Of a stretch of 64,000 nt of DNA, positions 13,601 to 28,400 are shown in pieces; the first letter of the stretch is position 1, and every line of letters starts with the position of its first letter. The stretch is from Ophelia neglecta (lineage: Eukaryota). A program made the translations under genes and the position numbers. Location: the NCBI GenBank assembly GCA_965285935.1, contig OZ260662.1:69564001-69628000 (forward strand), written 5' to 3'. Below the pieces are notes generated by a model. That model was not told the DNA's origin. It saw only the letters and a program-made list of their open reading frames with translations, and searched no databases.

Positions 13601-14839
13601 CGTGGTTTTTAACCCAGTGGTATGCACCATATCAACAGGAATGATGCAATTCACCACCACATACATGATGGTATATACACCTTGTTAAGCCTCCAGAGCT
13701 AACTATAAAAGGTAGCCTTTCTGGATTCAATGTGGGTTCTAGCTTGGCCCAAGCGCGATAAAATACGGTGTAATTGGACACCGAATTGGCCACTGCCGCG
13801 TAGAGTTTTCGACAATAAAAAGGACATTCTGGTTTCCATGATTTTGGTAATAAATGTTCTTCCTGGTGGCATTTTCTGACCTACCAGTTTAAGCGATCTC
13901 TTTCGCCTTGTTCAAAAGCTGACTTTGAATTCACTGAATCACTAAACATACAGGAAGTTCCGGGAGATTTTTAAAAGGGTGTTAGAAGAACTGATAATTA
14001 AACAGACAACCGATAAGTTTGCACAAATGTATAGCATAAATGAAACGCCATTGCCCTATGTGAGCATGCCAAACCACATTGGCGGGAATCATCCAGACTC
14101 CTTTTAATTCTACTCTTTATGATGATGGAGATAGTTTATCATCATAAAAATGGACAAGTTGGCATTCTTCCATGGGTACCTGGCGTTTCATTAGTGCAAA
14201 ATAATCAGGTTTTACTGGCACATACTGGCATAGTAGGTTCACAGGGTTGTGGAGATCGCCCAATAGCTCGAAAAACAACTATTTAAAAAGGAAGTCGATA
14301 CTATTTCCGGTTTTTTCCCAGACCTGCCACGAAAAAGATAGGATACAAATGGAAACGTATTTTTGCATATTCATTAATACTTTACTGCGTTTACTGAATG
14401 AGCCCATGTCTGTCTACAAAATGGCTTATACATACCAATATGATTGCCCAATCCGGACATTTGTTATTTCAGCATTGCGTATTTCATTTTAACACATACC
14501 CTATACCTTACATGTGTCCTTGTCATTGATTGGTCACTGAAATGGTTGTCCCAACCCGTATATCCCAGTATAAAACCAAATATCAATGGCCCCGGGGCGT
14601 GGCTACACAGCTAGAATTCATATAAGCATACCTTGTCAATTGTTCAAAACAAGGTTATAGGGCAACCGTTGTAGCAACCCAGGGGAATGCCTTGAGTGAC
14701 ACACCTTAAATCCCTTATTGAACCATGCAATACAGAGCCCGAGGAAGACAAACAAAACGGTCACTAACGGCTGCGCCCATAAATTATTGAGGTCTTTTCA
14801 GCAGAAGCAATAGATTTCAAATGGGAAAGTGTGTATCTA

Positions 14840-15018
14840 CAGTGAAACCTGTGAATTGAGACAACCGAAGGGATTGGAAAATACTGGTCTTATTATGGAA
14901 GTGGTCTGTTTAGACAGGTTATTTTACTTTGAAATAATAAGATATGGTCTTTTTTATACGTGGTCTGAATAAAAAGGTGGTCTGAATATAGAGGTGGTCT
15001 TTAAAGTAGGTTTCACTT
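14840..15018 (+). mobile_element. MITE family A copy 2
   Basis: Structure is TA|CAGTGAAACCTGTGAATTGAGAC...GAGGTGGTCTTTAAAGTAGGTTTCACTT|TA, with the same length and internal layout as the other copies. Confidence 0.85.
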
Positions 15019-17596
15019 TATATATCAACTCGTTTGCTAGGCCTAAATGATACACCCTAACATATTATGGTACAAAGGCCTACAAACAGGTGACCCTCAC
15101 CTTTCAGTCCTCGGCTTCAGAACATACACTCAGGTATCCGGACCGGTACACCGTTACACGGGTGTATGTGAGTTCTAGCATAGCATAGCACTGATATTAG
15201 ATCAAACCTATAGGTCTCTATTCAACGATTACAAGTACATTGAGATGGGATATAGGTAGGCCTGTATCAAAAATACGTTTGAGGTGGTCCAGTCGATCTA
15301 GTAGGATAAATAATTGCACATTTTCGACGAAATAAATGCAGGACTATTTTGTGCATTGGACCCCCTGGATCTGACCGGTGAAAGAAAAGTAGTCCAGTGA
15401 AGCCAAACTAATCTGGTAACTATCTGGCCGCCCGAGGACCACCCACACAATCATCATCGCCTTCCTCTGCTACTGGATCGATTCCAGACATAAAGCAAAC
15501 TCTTTTCTATATGTAATAATCAATAGGCTTCTAAAAACAAATGAAAAGGGGGCACAATGTGTAAAACCGGTGTAAAAGGATTGAGCTAATGCGAGAGTCC
15601 CCGAGAACTGATATATACTCGTATTAATAGGCATGCAGCGGATTCTATATAGGCTTATATTATTTAAGTATTAATACGTAGGGGGGTTATTGATGCTGAA
15701 TGAATATGAATATTGCTTGTGACAATTGGGATTGCATGAGTTTTGTATGTCAGAAAACACCATTCATATATTGCAATCAGCCCCGAAGTAAATCGACAAT
15801 TGAGTTTCATAGCACTTTTCTTTCATCCAATTCCTTTGGGTGGTAACTCTGATTTTGGAGAGAAAATCCCCAAGGGATTTCATGAGTGAAGCAATCATTT
15901 CTTTAGAAATCAGTACAGCATAAACACATTGTATACATATGCATTGGGACAAATTATTACAGAATATTAATATGGGTTCAAGGAGACAAATTCCAAAAAA
16001 TTATATCGGCCCTACAGTCATTTGTATTGTAAAACACGGACACACAGTCTCGTCTGAAAACTGGAGTGCGTTCAGGCCGAGGACAAGATGGAAGTGTTAT
16101 GTTTAGATTCTCTCGGCGTCTTGCCCCTAGTTGGTCAATATCAACAGAATGAGCCTTAAAATATCTCTTATTTTCCTCTTCACTGCTGAGAGCCTCCCAT
16201 GTTCATCCGACCTTAAATAAAGAGCCTATGTGGAATCAATGTGACCTCGCGGCGGAATATTTAGAGTTGGTGCTTGGTTCAGTTTGGAACATGCGTTACA
16301 TATTACTCGTATGAGTTGTATAGGTCTGCAACTATAAGGTAAAATACATGTAAGAATAGTTCCTATAACTTGTCAAACTGCTGAGAGTATAATCAAATAA
16401 TGACACATTTTAAATTTACGGTGAGATAAAATCCGAGTGTTTGTGTTCTACTGGTATAGGTTGACACTCTCAGGCAGCTATCCGCACTGAGTGACGGCTT
16501 GCCCAACCTGACGGGGGATATAAACATGCACCAATGTTTGTGTCTGACAAAACTAGTTATGAGAAAAAGGAAATCTATTCAACATTGACATCACATTTAT
16601 AGGCGTCTGATAATACCATCGAATTGCTAGAGGCGTAAGCGTTTTATGCTGTTTTATACGTACTGTGCAATTATGTAACGAGACAGAAAACCTTTTCCCG
16701 TGGTGCGCGTTCCGCAAAAAGCCAAGACGACCGACTTGGAGAAAACCCGCGGGAGAGGCAAGAAGGCAGCATAATAAGAACCGACGTGTGAGACATGATC
16801 CTTTCGTTTTTAATATGCCCGATTATATCTAGGAATTTAAATCATTGAGGGTTTATTTTCCCGTACTTTTGTCATGTTATTCTAGAGGCTTCTTTAGAAC
16901 AACATGGAATTCAGATAAGAATACATTAATATGCAGGCGACAATGACACCGACAAGTCCATTTGTAACCCACTGTTCAAAGATACTTAAACTTTTTTACA
17001 GTGTAGCCTTGATATTTTGGGAATGCAAAATATTGAAAAACGCTATATATGAAAACAAGCAGGAGAGGAAAAGACCTGGAGGAGGAACTTGAATAAACAA
17101 ACCTACACCTGGGCATTATCTGGCTTGCCCTTCTTGTCAGAAAGGTGTTTTGGTAACCTATATTTACGCGTGACTCAGTTAAGTTCATACTTACTCATCG
17201 GCTGACCCAAGTAACACAGTCAGTGCTTGTTTCTACCTTTCGTAAAGGAAATACTTCACACAAAGAAACGAAGCACATGCTGTTGCATCTCAAAGACAAT
17301 ATAATTCTATGTCATTTCGGTTAATATGTCCTCACTGCGACTGACAATTAATGACAATCTGGGTGTTTACTGTTTAGCCCCCAAAAAAATTAAGAACTAT
17401 TGTGATTTGAACTAGAACATCGACAACACCCGACTAGTTTACCGAGCAACAATATAATGCTTGCCTCGTTGACTCGTTGTTGTCAAGCTATATGGCTTTG
17501 AGATAAGGGCATAATCCACTAGCTACCTTGATAAATGTACACAGGTATAACATATTTCAGGCTGCAGAGAGAAAACATAATCAGGAACATATACCA

Positions 17597-17935
17597 TCTG
17601 AACACCGAGGATAGTATGCACATGCAGTGATTATCTGAAGTCCTAGGGTAATATGCGCAGTCAATGATTATCTGAACACCTAGGACAGTATGCACATTCA
17701 GGGATATCTGCACACCTAGGGCAGTATGCAGATTCTGTGATTATCTAAACACCTAGTGCAGTATGCACATTCAGGGATGATCTGCACACCTAGTGCAGTA
17801 TGCACATTGAGGGATGATCTGCACACCTAGTGCAGTATGCACATTGAGGGATGATCTGCACACCTAGGGCAGTATGCACATTCAGGGATATCTGCACACC
17901 TAGGCCAGTATGCATATTCAGTGATTGTCTGAACT
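17597..17935. repeat. Minisatellite, 9 full units of 36-37 bp (consensus ~TCTGCACACCTAG(G/T)GCAGTATGCACATTCAGGGAT(G)A)
   Basis: Units start at 17597, 17634, 17671, 17707, 17744, 17781, 17818, 17855 and 17891, with a partial unit at 17928. There are no spacers. Confidence 0.95.
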
Positions 17936-20900
17936 CAAATTCAGTGATTACCCTGAAATTGGAGAATAGGATTATATTACACAAACAAAGGCCGAATAGA
18001 CGCAAATAGTTACACAATAAAAAAAGATACTTAAGCCAAGAAATCGATAAAATCTGCCAGGAGCAGCAGTTTTCCTCTTGGAGATTTGCAATTTACTGCC
18101 CAGTAAACCGGGTTCATTTGAGGTGTGGTTTCAATTAGCTGGTGTTGGCATATCAATTGGGTTGGGTAGACAAGTTACTGGGTAGTATTTCCATCTAGTG
18201 AAACAATCCCTACTCTACTTCTTGAAAATTGAAAGAAATCTACTGGCCTTTCAATGAGACATTTCTTTTCCAAAACGGCGGTAAATTATTACATCAATTC
18301 CGTAAAACGTTGCATTTGCAAACTCATTGTAATAAAATTCACCAACTTAAGTTAAAACTAGCCTACACGTCTTTAGAATGCGCAAATAGGCCAAGAAGGC
18401 AATGTGTTTATGCGCTCGAAAACAACAGCCTTGGTGACTCGAAGATGAATATATTTCTTAATGGTCGTGTACTCATTTTCAATGAAGATACAATGGCTGT
18501 CTATGGATTAATGGAAATTAATTTTCCTTGCCTTTAGTTGCTGCTAAAAATGCCAGCAATTTTCTTTGTGCCATTCTGAGATTTAATATTGAAAGCCAGC
18601 GTTGCAAAAATGGAGCAGTTTTAAAGGTGCACGTGGCGTTCGGTAATTGGGTTATAAAATACCCGCGGCCCACCAGTAGAAACCCGCAGTTAACAATGAT
18701 CTATCTTGCATTTATGTTTTCAAATCGATTTCGGCCTCATAGTCAGAACCACGTTTTGCTTCCACAAATTTCGCAATATATACCTTTCGTGTACAAAGGG
18801 TTATCCCCAGAACAGAAAATATAATTCTCAGATGTTGTTTAAATCACTGTGGGAGCATTTCGCATTCAAATACATCACGAACCACATTATATTACTCCGA
18901 ATCCGAACCCATTGCTATTAGAATCCTGAATTATCAGATATACTGGTCCTTATTAGATACAGTAAAGAAAAATAATAATTTTCAACTCATTGGCAATGTT
19001 GAACTTTCTGCTTGGTGTTTGATGCAAAATCGAATCAGTTGGTATTGGTCATCATTGGTCATTACAGACGAATTGTTTATACAACATGCAATAAAAAAAG
19101 TAAAAAGATGACATTTAGAATCCTTGTAGGTTTAAACGACACATTCTTCTGACCCACCATCGTCTACGAATGGTTCATCATGTAGTTGAGATACAAGGAA
19201 TGTAACTGTATAATATACATGCATTGTCGGAGCATTATAAAAACAACATGGAACCATCTAGCCATAGAATACCTACATCAGTCTCCCAGATATGTTTTTT
19301 TTCATTTATAATATGGCGAAGCACCCAATTCAGTTCAACAGGGGAAATGCATGCTGCGTGATCTTTATTTGTATAATCATCTACAGAGTACGCAGTAAAA
19401 CTGGCCAGACATCTTTATGTTTTTGACCAACAATGAAGGGATCGTTTTTGCTTGATGGAGGACTTTTGGAGCATTTTAGCCCAAGCTACAGGATTTACTT
19501 CACACCTCTCGTGTCGTATAGACCCAATGAAACAAGACTCAAGACACAAATAGGGATGAATAATGTCGTATCGTTTCTATCAAAGCAGGTATCACTGTCC
19601 CAATAATGGTTGACACTGGTTTTCTTGTTCTTGTCGTCTGCTGGTTGAATCAGCAGTATTGTAGACCAAATATCCCACTGAGAATTTCATTGTTGATCAA
19701 GTATTTACACTAGAACCCAAGATATTCACTATCTTAGTTGGTTGTTTTTCAGCAAAACTGATAAATGGATCGATCTTCCTCGTATCTATTGCAAAAAGAG
19801 TTTCGTTCTGGTTTGTACATCAATCCACAGGGAAAAAGAGAGAAAACAGAAAGGAAGGTTTATGTTGAGAATAGTAATAGGCCTACAGCGTTCCATGGCG
19901 ATCATGTAGACAACGTACGTCTTACACCATGTTGTAGGCCACAATGCAGAGACCATCACCTACACATAAACTCGAGCGAGTTTTCCCCAATTACTCTTGA
20001 CGCCGGCGACTACAGAAAGCCAGTACAACCTTGGGATAATCTGAACTGACCTAACCTAATTAGCGAAAGTAAAACTATGAGAAATTTAAATCTCCGTTGC
20101 GGCCGCTTTAGTGGAAAGGGGTTATTATGATATTGTATTTTGCTGAAACCTACTAGGTTTCTGCACTTTAAACTAGCTAAAAGTCGCACTTCAAAATTTC
20201 CATTTACGGTACCTAACAACATCTAAATATAACAGCGCATAGTTGAGAAAAAGAGCACATAAAGTTAGTTCTATGCTAATTTCGTTATGAAGACATACTC
20301 TTGGGGCGAGTTGAAACAAGCAAACTGTGGGCCGGGTATACAAGGGTCCCTTGAAATAGGAGGGCCTCCTAGCTTGCCTTGCTGGATAAAATTTACAAAC
20401 CTCATCAACGACTGGCAAACGTCGATTCAAAACATTAAAAAAAGCCAATGCTTGGTCCTGGTAACGAGTAAAATGACCTCTGTTTGACCTCGCCTGCTTC
20501 GATTTTCACCCTTGAACATTCACATAAATTCTAAGAGGAAGTGCAGACGAATCGATAGACTGAAACCGGCATACCGCTAGCATGGAATATTGGAGGCTTA
20601 TAGCAGCCATGAAGAAATTGACTGTAATAAACTAGAACGCTTTTTTCCTAGAAGATTGGTGATGGCATTTAACGCTCTTTAGTTTTCTGGTATCTTTTGA
20701 TTTATATGCTACGATACCAAACGAATGAGCCATTATACTATAATTATGTGTCTCCGAACTATTGGGTGTATTGTAAAACACCAGATACGAGCCATAGATA
20801 CGAGATACGAGTGGTTATAAAGTCTTTAAAGTACCTAAATGAATTTAGTTTGTGGCAGGGGTTAGGGTTATGGATGGAATATTTCACTAAGGCTGTTCGG

Positions 20901-23900
20901 AAAATCATACCCCTAACCCTGTCACAACCCTACCCGAACCAATGTTCTTCGTGTCTGCTAAGGCCTATCTCGCATTTCCCCCTGAAGCTTGTATAAGGTT
21001 TTACAGAATGCCGAACTAGTACAGCCCTGTTGTTGGGACTATATTGGTGGATACGATAATGCTAGGTCTATTTGGCATCATGACTTCTTAGATTAACCCA
21101 CTGGTGCGGTTAGGAAATAAAACGAACAGGTAATCTGACATGCCACCGATAAACCACTTTTGCATAATGGCAGAAAAAAATGTCTACATCTGAGTGCAGT
21201 GAAGTATGCCTAAATCAGACAATCTGACCTGACAGCGGGTAGACACAGGCAAGTTATCTCATTCATTCCCACTGTAAAAACGTGATTTGTACTCGGCTGT
21301 GTTTAATCATAAATTAGGTTCATCCTGATAAAATCAGAGACTTAATGTTGATCTATGGACAATACCACGCTATATTGAGTGCCATTAGATAAAGGTATGA
21401 CATTCAGAAAAACAAATTTCCGAGAAAAAAAGTAGAATTAATTGCTTCCAATTGCAATGGAGCAATGATTCTGGGCCATTATTTATGAGCATATAAATAA
21501 GACTAACATGTACTGTACTGTAAGTTGTCGAGTTCTCTAATACAACCACATGTAGTATGCCTACCGTACCAAGTCCAGGTCAATTCCTACGGCGTCACAG
21601 CGTGTAAATTCTAAAAGAAATTATGTTATATCGTTCATAAATCTAACAGGCATTCGCTCAACCTTAGGTGGATAATTATAATATCATGCAGCGCATGTCC
21701 TTAACTAAGTGGTTATATGTTGGGCTTTTCAGTACATGGTAAAGTGCCACAATATACCAAGTGTACAAGGTAAAGTATAACCGTACATTTCCGAATCTTA
21801 AAGGTGGCAACCATTAACAGTAGAAAAGCCAAAAGTACGACATTTAACCGCAATAATCAGACAGAGATTGTGTGAAGATATCTAATTAATACAAATATAT
21901 AAACGAAAAAAAAACCAATCGTGGCCCTGGGGTATAATTAATAGCTTACAAACTTGCACCAAAACTCAATTTATCCAATGGTCAGCAAAAAGAGTAAAGA
22001 ACCACAGCAAGGCCCAACATATTATTGCAAACAGTAATATTGCAACTTTTGCCTTCAGCGATGCATATGGAATTCAAGTTTACCACTTAAATCATGGAGA
22101 TTAATTAAGTTAACAGAGGAATTAGTTTTACATTAATTACTACTAAAATGGAACCAAAATCAAGATAAATTGTAACAGGACAAATACGCCATTTTGAGTC
22201 GTTACAGTTTCTTCTTGTATTGGAAGCAGGTTAACCTAAAACGGAAATTGCAACTTCCCTTAATGTACAAGTGTAATCGTATGGGTATATTTAGTGCCTA
22301 GTCTCGACCCATGTGAACTTGCTCTCTCCCAACTTTTAATTTACCTCCCCGATAACTTGACCCCGTTAATCTGAGCAGCAGTATTCGCTGTGCAGTGCCC
22401 AGCCAGCGGTCACAGGCGTTGCCTTAGAGACCTATCTATCGTCTGCTTTACTGTCCACCCTTTCTTAGGTAGGGGGGGGGGGGGGTCATTATAGAGTAAA
22501 GAAAACATGCGGGGAATAGCACGGGGCTTGAGATCCAAATTTACAATCTTCGGCGGGAAGCGATGTCCATTTCCCAGCTCTCATCCACGTGATTTTAATC
22601 ATGTTGTTCTTACAACTGGTAACACCATTGCAATATCAGTGCTATGCTATATTTGAAGGTGGTGAACTCTATTTGCAAACTTCCATTCTTAGGCTTTAAG
22701 GGTGAAATCGTGTATAGGGATTCCTTTTTACAAAATATTGTGGGCCTTCGAGATAGGTGATTGCTGGCACAATGTTTGTTTTAGACAGATAGCGAGATAA
22801 CAAAATGGTTTGTAGAAATTCTCTGACTCCCCCAAAATAGTACACTAGACTGAAATCCAAGCATGGCTCAAATTCCAAAGCTGTCAACAGCTAAAGAAAA
22901 ACGATGATTTCCTTAGGTTAATATTTTCTGAGCATATGACCCAGTGGAATTTCTGGCTTGTTGACTGATGATAGGGCAGTCAGGTCGAAAACATCTACTC
23001 CGTGAACAGGAATATATCTTCATCCCTAGCTTAACTTGAAATTTCTATGCTAGTCGCCTGACCTTTTCCTATGTATCAATTTCACCCAGTTCACAATTTT
23101 GAAATAAATCAATTCACTTGAATTGTTCCTATAAGCGTAAGTGTATTATTGCCAAGAATCAATTGAATGCATTATAAATATAAGTATATAGGCACTGTGT
23201 CGACCATTTCACACGTAGTGACTGGCTTTTTTTTACTGTCACGAGCTTCTCTTACAGTAACTTTGAATGTGGCTTGATTCATTAGGCATCAATTCTGATT
23301 GTCATTAATGGTTATCTTAATCTTATACCTGAATCAATATTTTGAGGAATGTAATTTGTTTAATTAAATTTCTACCGTTTAGTCCAGAATCAGAGAACAA
23401 AGCAAAATGTTGATGGCCGTGTTATAACTTTTAGCCTTATTGGACAAACTTGTTGATGACAGGAATATGACCTGAATTACTATTTTGTGATTGGCTGAAC
23501 AGTTGATGACGTTTGTCATTCATTCCATGTGGCGTGCTGTGAAAACTGGCAAATCACACATTTATGAGTTATGCTATCAGCACAGATATGTATTATCCAC
23601 ACAATGTACATACATATGCTATCGGGCTGTTCTCGCGTGACACGTCTGCTTTGGCAACGTGCGTGGAAGGAGTCTGTATGGTTAATAAGGAGGCCAGACT
23701 TATACCGTGTACAAACCCTGTTCTGGGGGCGAACCAATAGTTTTATCCGTGTATAAGTGCTACATGGTCTTAAATAAATTTTGTAGTGCCTAGATCTATA
23801 AATTATTCAATAGTAAAAATAGTTAATGTCGAAGTATTACTTTTCCCACTGGTAAATGAAGCCAAGTCCGGTACTTTGAAATAAAACTCGAATACAGGAG

Positions 23901-25029
23901 ACGCAGAATAGCTTCTGCCAAATCGTGTAGATCCGAATCTCAGAAATAATCTCGCTCGTGCTCCAAGAAAATTATTCCAAACCACAGCAAACGATCGTTT
24001 GGCCATTTTGTAATGGATCCATGAGTTAAAGAAGCAAAGTCAACTAAAACTCGCGGTTCACTAGATCTTATTACGATCAAAAATTACCATCCCCATGTGT
24101 CGAAGTCAGTAATCGAATTGGGTATGCGACTTTCTGCCATTTTAAGTGTATACGTTTGAGCAATGGCCGTTTGATTTTCACCATCGCTATAATACAAATG
24201 CTGTGGTTAGTAAGATTTGCTAGACAAGTACATTCTACCTGCAAAGTTTGATGCAATTAAAATTGTTGCATTGCTTATATATTCACCTTACTTATAAGAA
24301 GAACACATGCAGGATATCATGATCCACGATCCATGATGACATAAATACTGATAGATAGCCCTATTGAATTAGGCTAATCCAGCTGAATGTTACCATAGTG
24401 GCACGTCTTCAAATTTATCTAACATGCCTTCCAGCATTGCCAGGTGAGCCTACCTGTATAGCTATGTGGTCCGCCATCTACTCAGGCTCGGCATGAGTCG
24501 GGGCAAAATGCGCTGTGTCCCTATAAAATCTTATAGCATCTCAGCTTTAGGGAGGCCTTTTCAGCTCTAACATGAAGGCAAACAGTATACTAGCCTGGCT
24601 TTAACAATAGGATGCTTTAGTTTCAGGCAAAAACACACTAACCAGCTTGATTTTGAAGGGCCAGTAAAATGGAAACGGCCATCAAAACATAGATGTTAGT
24701 GCAGACGACTGGAGAAGCCCGACTGTAAACATTCATCCACCTGGATTGTATCTGCCCTACTCAAGTCAGCAAGAGTATACATCGGGTATGTCTAAGTTAC
24801 CAGTGAAGTTGTGACTCAGAGCTGACCCTTCCACATACATGTTCTTCCATTCAGCTGAGTACTGAACAAAATAATACAACCTTGAATATCTTGTGCGAAG
24901 TAATAGTTTTGTTCTCTTAAAATTGGGTAAAAATATGTTTACTGGGGAGTATTTGTTCTCTAAAGTCCCAATAAAAAGTTGCAATTAACTACATGGCGAT
25001 TGGCAAGGAAGGCGTATTCTTTTTCCGGT

Positions 25030-25480
25030 CATGCCTGAAGATGGCGAGCCATATGGCTATAGGGAAGGCAAGAAGCTTAGCCTGTTCACAACACCATTCA
25101 GGCGGGATGGCACCTCTCAGAAAGAGAGATATAACAATAAATAGGTAGCTATGAAGGGATTTAAATTTAGACAAAAATCACAAAATACCCCCATGCGTGT
25201 AGATTGTATCCAGACCCCAGATGTGAATAAGACCTCGTCCAATAGTTTCGGGTCCGGGATACACATGTCTCCTAATTTATTTGCAGGCCGACAATTTAAT
25301 GCAAAAAGCTGGACATCTGGAGGAAATGTTGGTCCATAGCAAAAAAGATTCAGGGAAAATTTGACAACCAATCGATATGTACAGATGAAGAGAAGCAGGG
25401 CCAAATTTTCGAAGGGAGCAGGATGGAGTGCACTGACCTGCTCAATGGAATTTAGCACAACGAAGAGGCTATTAACACGT
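25030..25480 (-). mobile_element. Possible decayed CRE/R2-group non-LTR retrotransposon relic (post-RT region)
   Basis: ALLLFIC, QLFAL..P..KLGDMCIPDP (cf. LPxxxGGLGIxDP) and QAKLLA....WLA (cf. ARLxA...GAWLxAxP) occur in order across two frames. Confidence 0.3.
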
Positions 25481-28400
25481 GAAATCACACTAAGAAAACA
25501 CCGAAAAGTGTTCCTTGGAAATCACAACTTGTTATCATGTCGTTTAGCTTTAAGTTTACAAACTCAGTCTGAACCGGAAGCAAGTCTTGAAGAGGAAAAA
25601 CTGTAACGATGTCCTCGCTTTACACTGTTTTGGATACGTCTGTTTTGTCGATTATACTTTACCCTCGATTAAATGAAAGTTTTCTGATAACATTTAAATG
25701 TGGGAAGACTCTATTACAAAAATGCCAAATACAGCTGGAATCACTGTTTTCTAGTGCTAGAAACTGATGGAGAACGGACTTCCACCTGAGACGGAGATAA
25801 TGACCTTTACCGAGGTCGCGCCTGATCTAGTATCTCCTCAGGTGAATCGCACCAATGCCAAATGTATTCTACACCATCCCTTCCTCAGCGAGGGGGAAAT
25901 ATCTCAAGTAGATTTGATATATGTCATAACAGAACAGCAATGTCGGAGCTATTCTAGTTTTTGCCTTATTTCCCTATAAACTGTAAAATTAATACAGTGT
26001 GGGAATTTATCAGTCAGATGTACCACTGTCACGATAAAGAATATCAAATGACCTGGGAGAGGAGTTATTTAAACAACACATATTCTGCAGGGTGCATCCT
26101 TTTTCAAAGCACAGTTCCGACAAATTGATGGGACGCTTTTAAAAACCCACGAATGAATCATTTCGACAGACTGTGAAAGCATTGCGAACTTTTAGTTCCT
26201 GAGTTATTGTGCACAGGCCGGCCCCTGTGTCAGACTTCGTTACATCATGTCATGTTTCGCCCGATGTTTATGCGACTGAAAGAATTATTTATTCAGCTTC
26301 AAAGGCGGCATTGTCTGTCAATTAACGAGCCATTATGACCGTTTTACTGCTTCTAAAAATAGTGTCGCGATAATGTGTTTTTAAAAAACCACCCAATATA
26401 AGTAACTCTAAAATCAAGAAATTTTGGTAAGCAGGAACAGGAATCACAATTCATCATATAACCCCATTTTCTACATCCAATTTCCTGGTTGAATAAGAAT
26501 AGAGAGGGTGGGTTGCTATGTCCTATAGCACATGGGTTTATCTCCTTCAGTCCCAGAGGGAGAAATCCTCCAAAAATTCTGCTGGAACGGATAATATTGA
26601 TATTCCATTAACCCTTGTAGGATTATATTGTGATCGAGATTCCCTGTTCAATAATTCTAATAGAAATATACACAACTTGCAATCTGCTGAGCCCGGAAGA
26701 GAATGATATTGCCAATAAAAAGACCAAAATGTGACCTAAGTGTAAACAACTTGTGCGAGTATGGATACACTCATCTAACAGTAGTAGATTGCTTATCTTT
26801 AAGTGACCGGCCAGATATATACTCATATATCTGATAAAACAATATAATATTGGTGACAACTCTTGTCTTCTATTGCTATCTTTAGCATTTGCCGGTTTAT
26901 CTGGAGAGACGCTCTTACAAGAGACTTTGATTTGAAGCAATACTATACTTTGTCAGATGTTTCCAGATTGCTAACCATGGCATCCCACGTTTCAACTGCA
27001 ATTAATTTGAAGAGACTGCCGATAGGAGACTCTTCACATAGGCTCCATGTGCTTAGCCTATTCCAGCTCGCTTTCGAATTTGGCAATAGTTATGACCGAC
27101 ATGTATTAATGCTTGACATACTGTGATAAAACGACAATATATGTATAAACAAACAGTGTGCTCAGGCAATTACATGGGATATTTGGGCCATAAACAAAGT
27201 GACTGAGTTTAGAGTTCGCACTTACAATTTGCTTCGAGAGTAAAACAAGCAAAAACCACACTTGGCACTTGTAGATCTCCACATGGAGAAGAAGTCACTG
27301 ACACATTGAGTGGAAACTCGTACATGTATTGACGGAGGGGATCTACGATCGATTGTAGAATAAAGGGCACAGAAAAACAGACACTGGAAACTTAAAACAA
27401 GAACACGACCTAAAACTTTACGAGGGAAACTTATCTGTTGCATTTGTCTCGAGTAATCATCTGAACAAGAAATGCAATAAAAAAGAGTGCGCCTGGAATC
27501 AAACAAAGTAGTCCACTTTAGTGATCTAGTATCGGTCGATATATAGATTTATATCAGCAATAAATAGCCCTTTCTTAATCTTACTCAAACACATATCATA
27601 TTAAGGAGGTACGTGTATGTGTAAAGGGAACCATCGTTACTGCCGCCATGTTCGTTAATAGCACAACTCGTGCCTATCAACAGATGGCAGTGAGCGAGGC
27701 GTTGAGGATCTCATCTCTGCTAGGATTGCAAGTCAACATCACGCCATATGGAAACATTCAGAGTTAAGTTTTGTCAATACAATACGGTGGGACTTGGGGC
27801 AAGCGACCTCATCACAGGATTTAGTAATAGCCAGCAAGCCAAAGCCTGTTATTTGGTCCCTTCTGTCGCCACATATTCGTAACTCTTCTTAACTGTTTAT
27901 AGCAATACTATAATATAATAAGAACGATTGCCAAAAGCGTTTTCTGAAATTCTTTTCATTGTGATCATTGATTGCAGACTCCACGGTCATCATATTAAAT
28001 GGGCCTACTTTACGTCTATGTCGTCTGGGTTCTATAAAAGGCTATCACCTCTAACTAATTTACGGTGTAATGGCCTATTTGCATTGTTTAGGAGCAAGAT
28101 AGTAGTCAGAGAACCCCCAAGGAAACAATCTCAAACTAAGGTTGTTTTTCAATACTTCTAAATCGTCTGAAACGAATCAAGATGATTAGTAGATATAAAA
28201 AGAGCATTAATTGTTTTATTACATGTTGCATGGTCTGATCTTATGTTGTTTTTCTATAACAGGGGCAAATTATATTTCAGCACCTCTACCATGACCCACC
28301 ATGAAACCAGGGGTTCTTAACGAATACAACAATGAATCATGATTTCAGTTACGGTCACCAATACCTCACAAAACAAGCTTCTTGGTAGAAGTAGTTTTGG

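Noticed and set aside
17597-17935. CRISPR array
   Set aside because: The 36-37-bp units are contiguous with no unique spacers, there are no cas genes, and the context is eukaryotic.
20858-20920. True interstitial telomere
   Set aside because: There are only about two hexamer units per arm.
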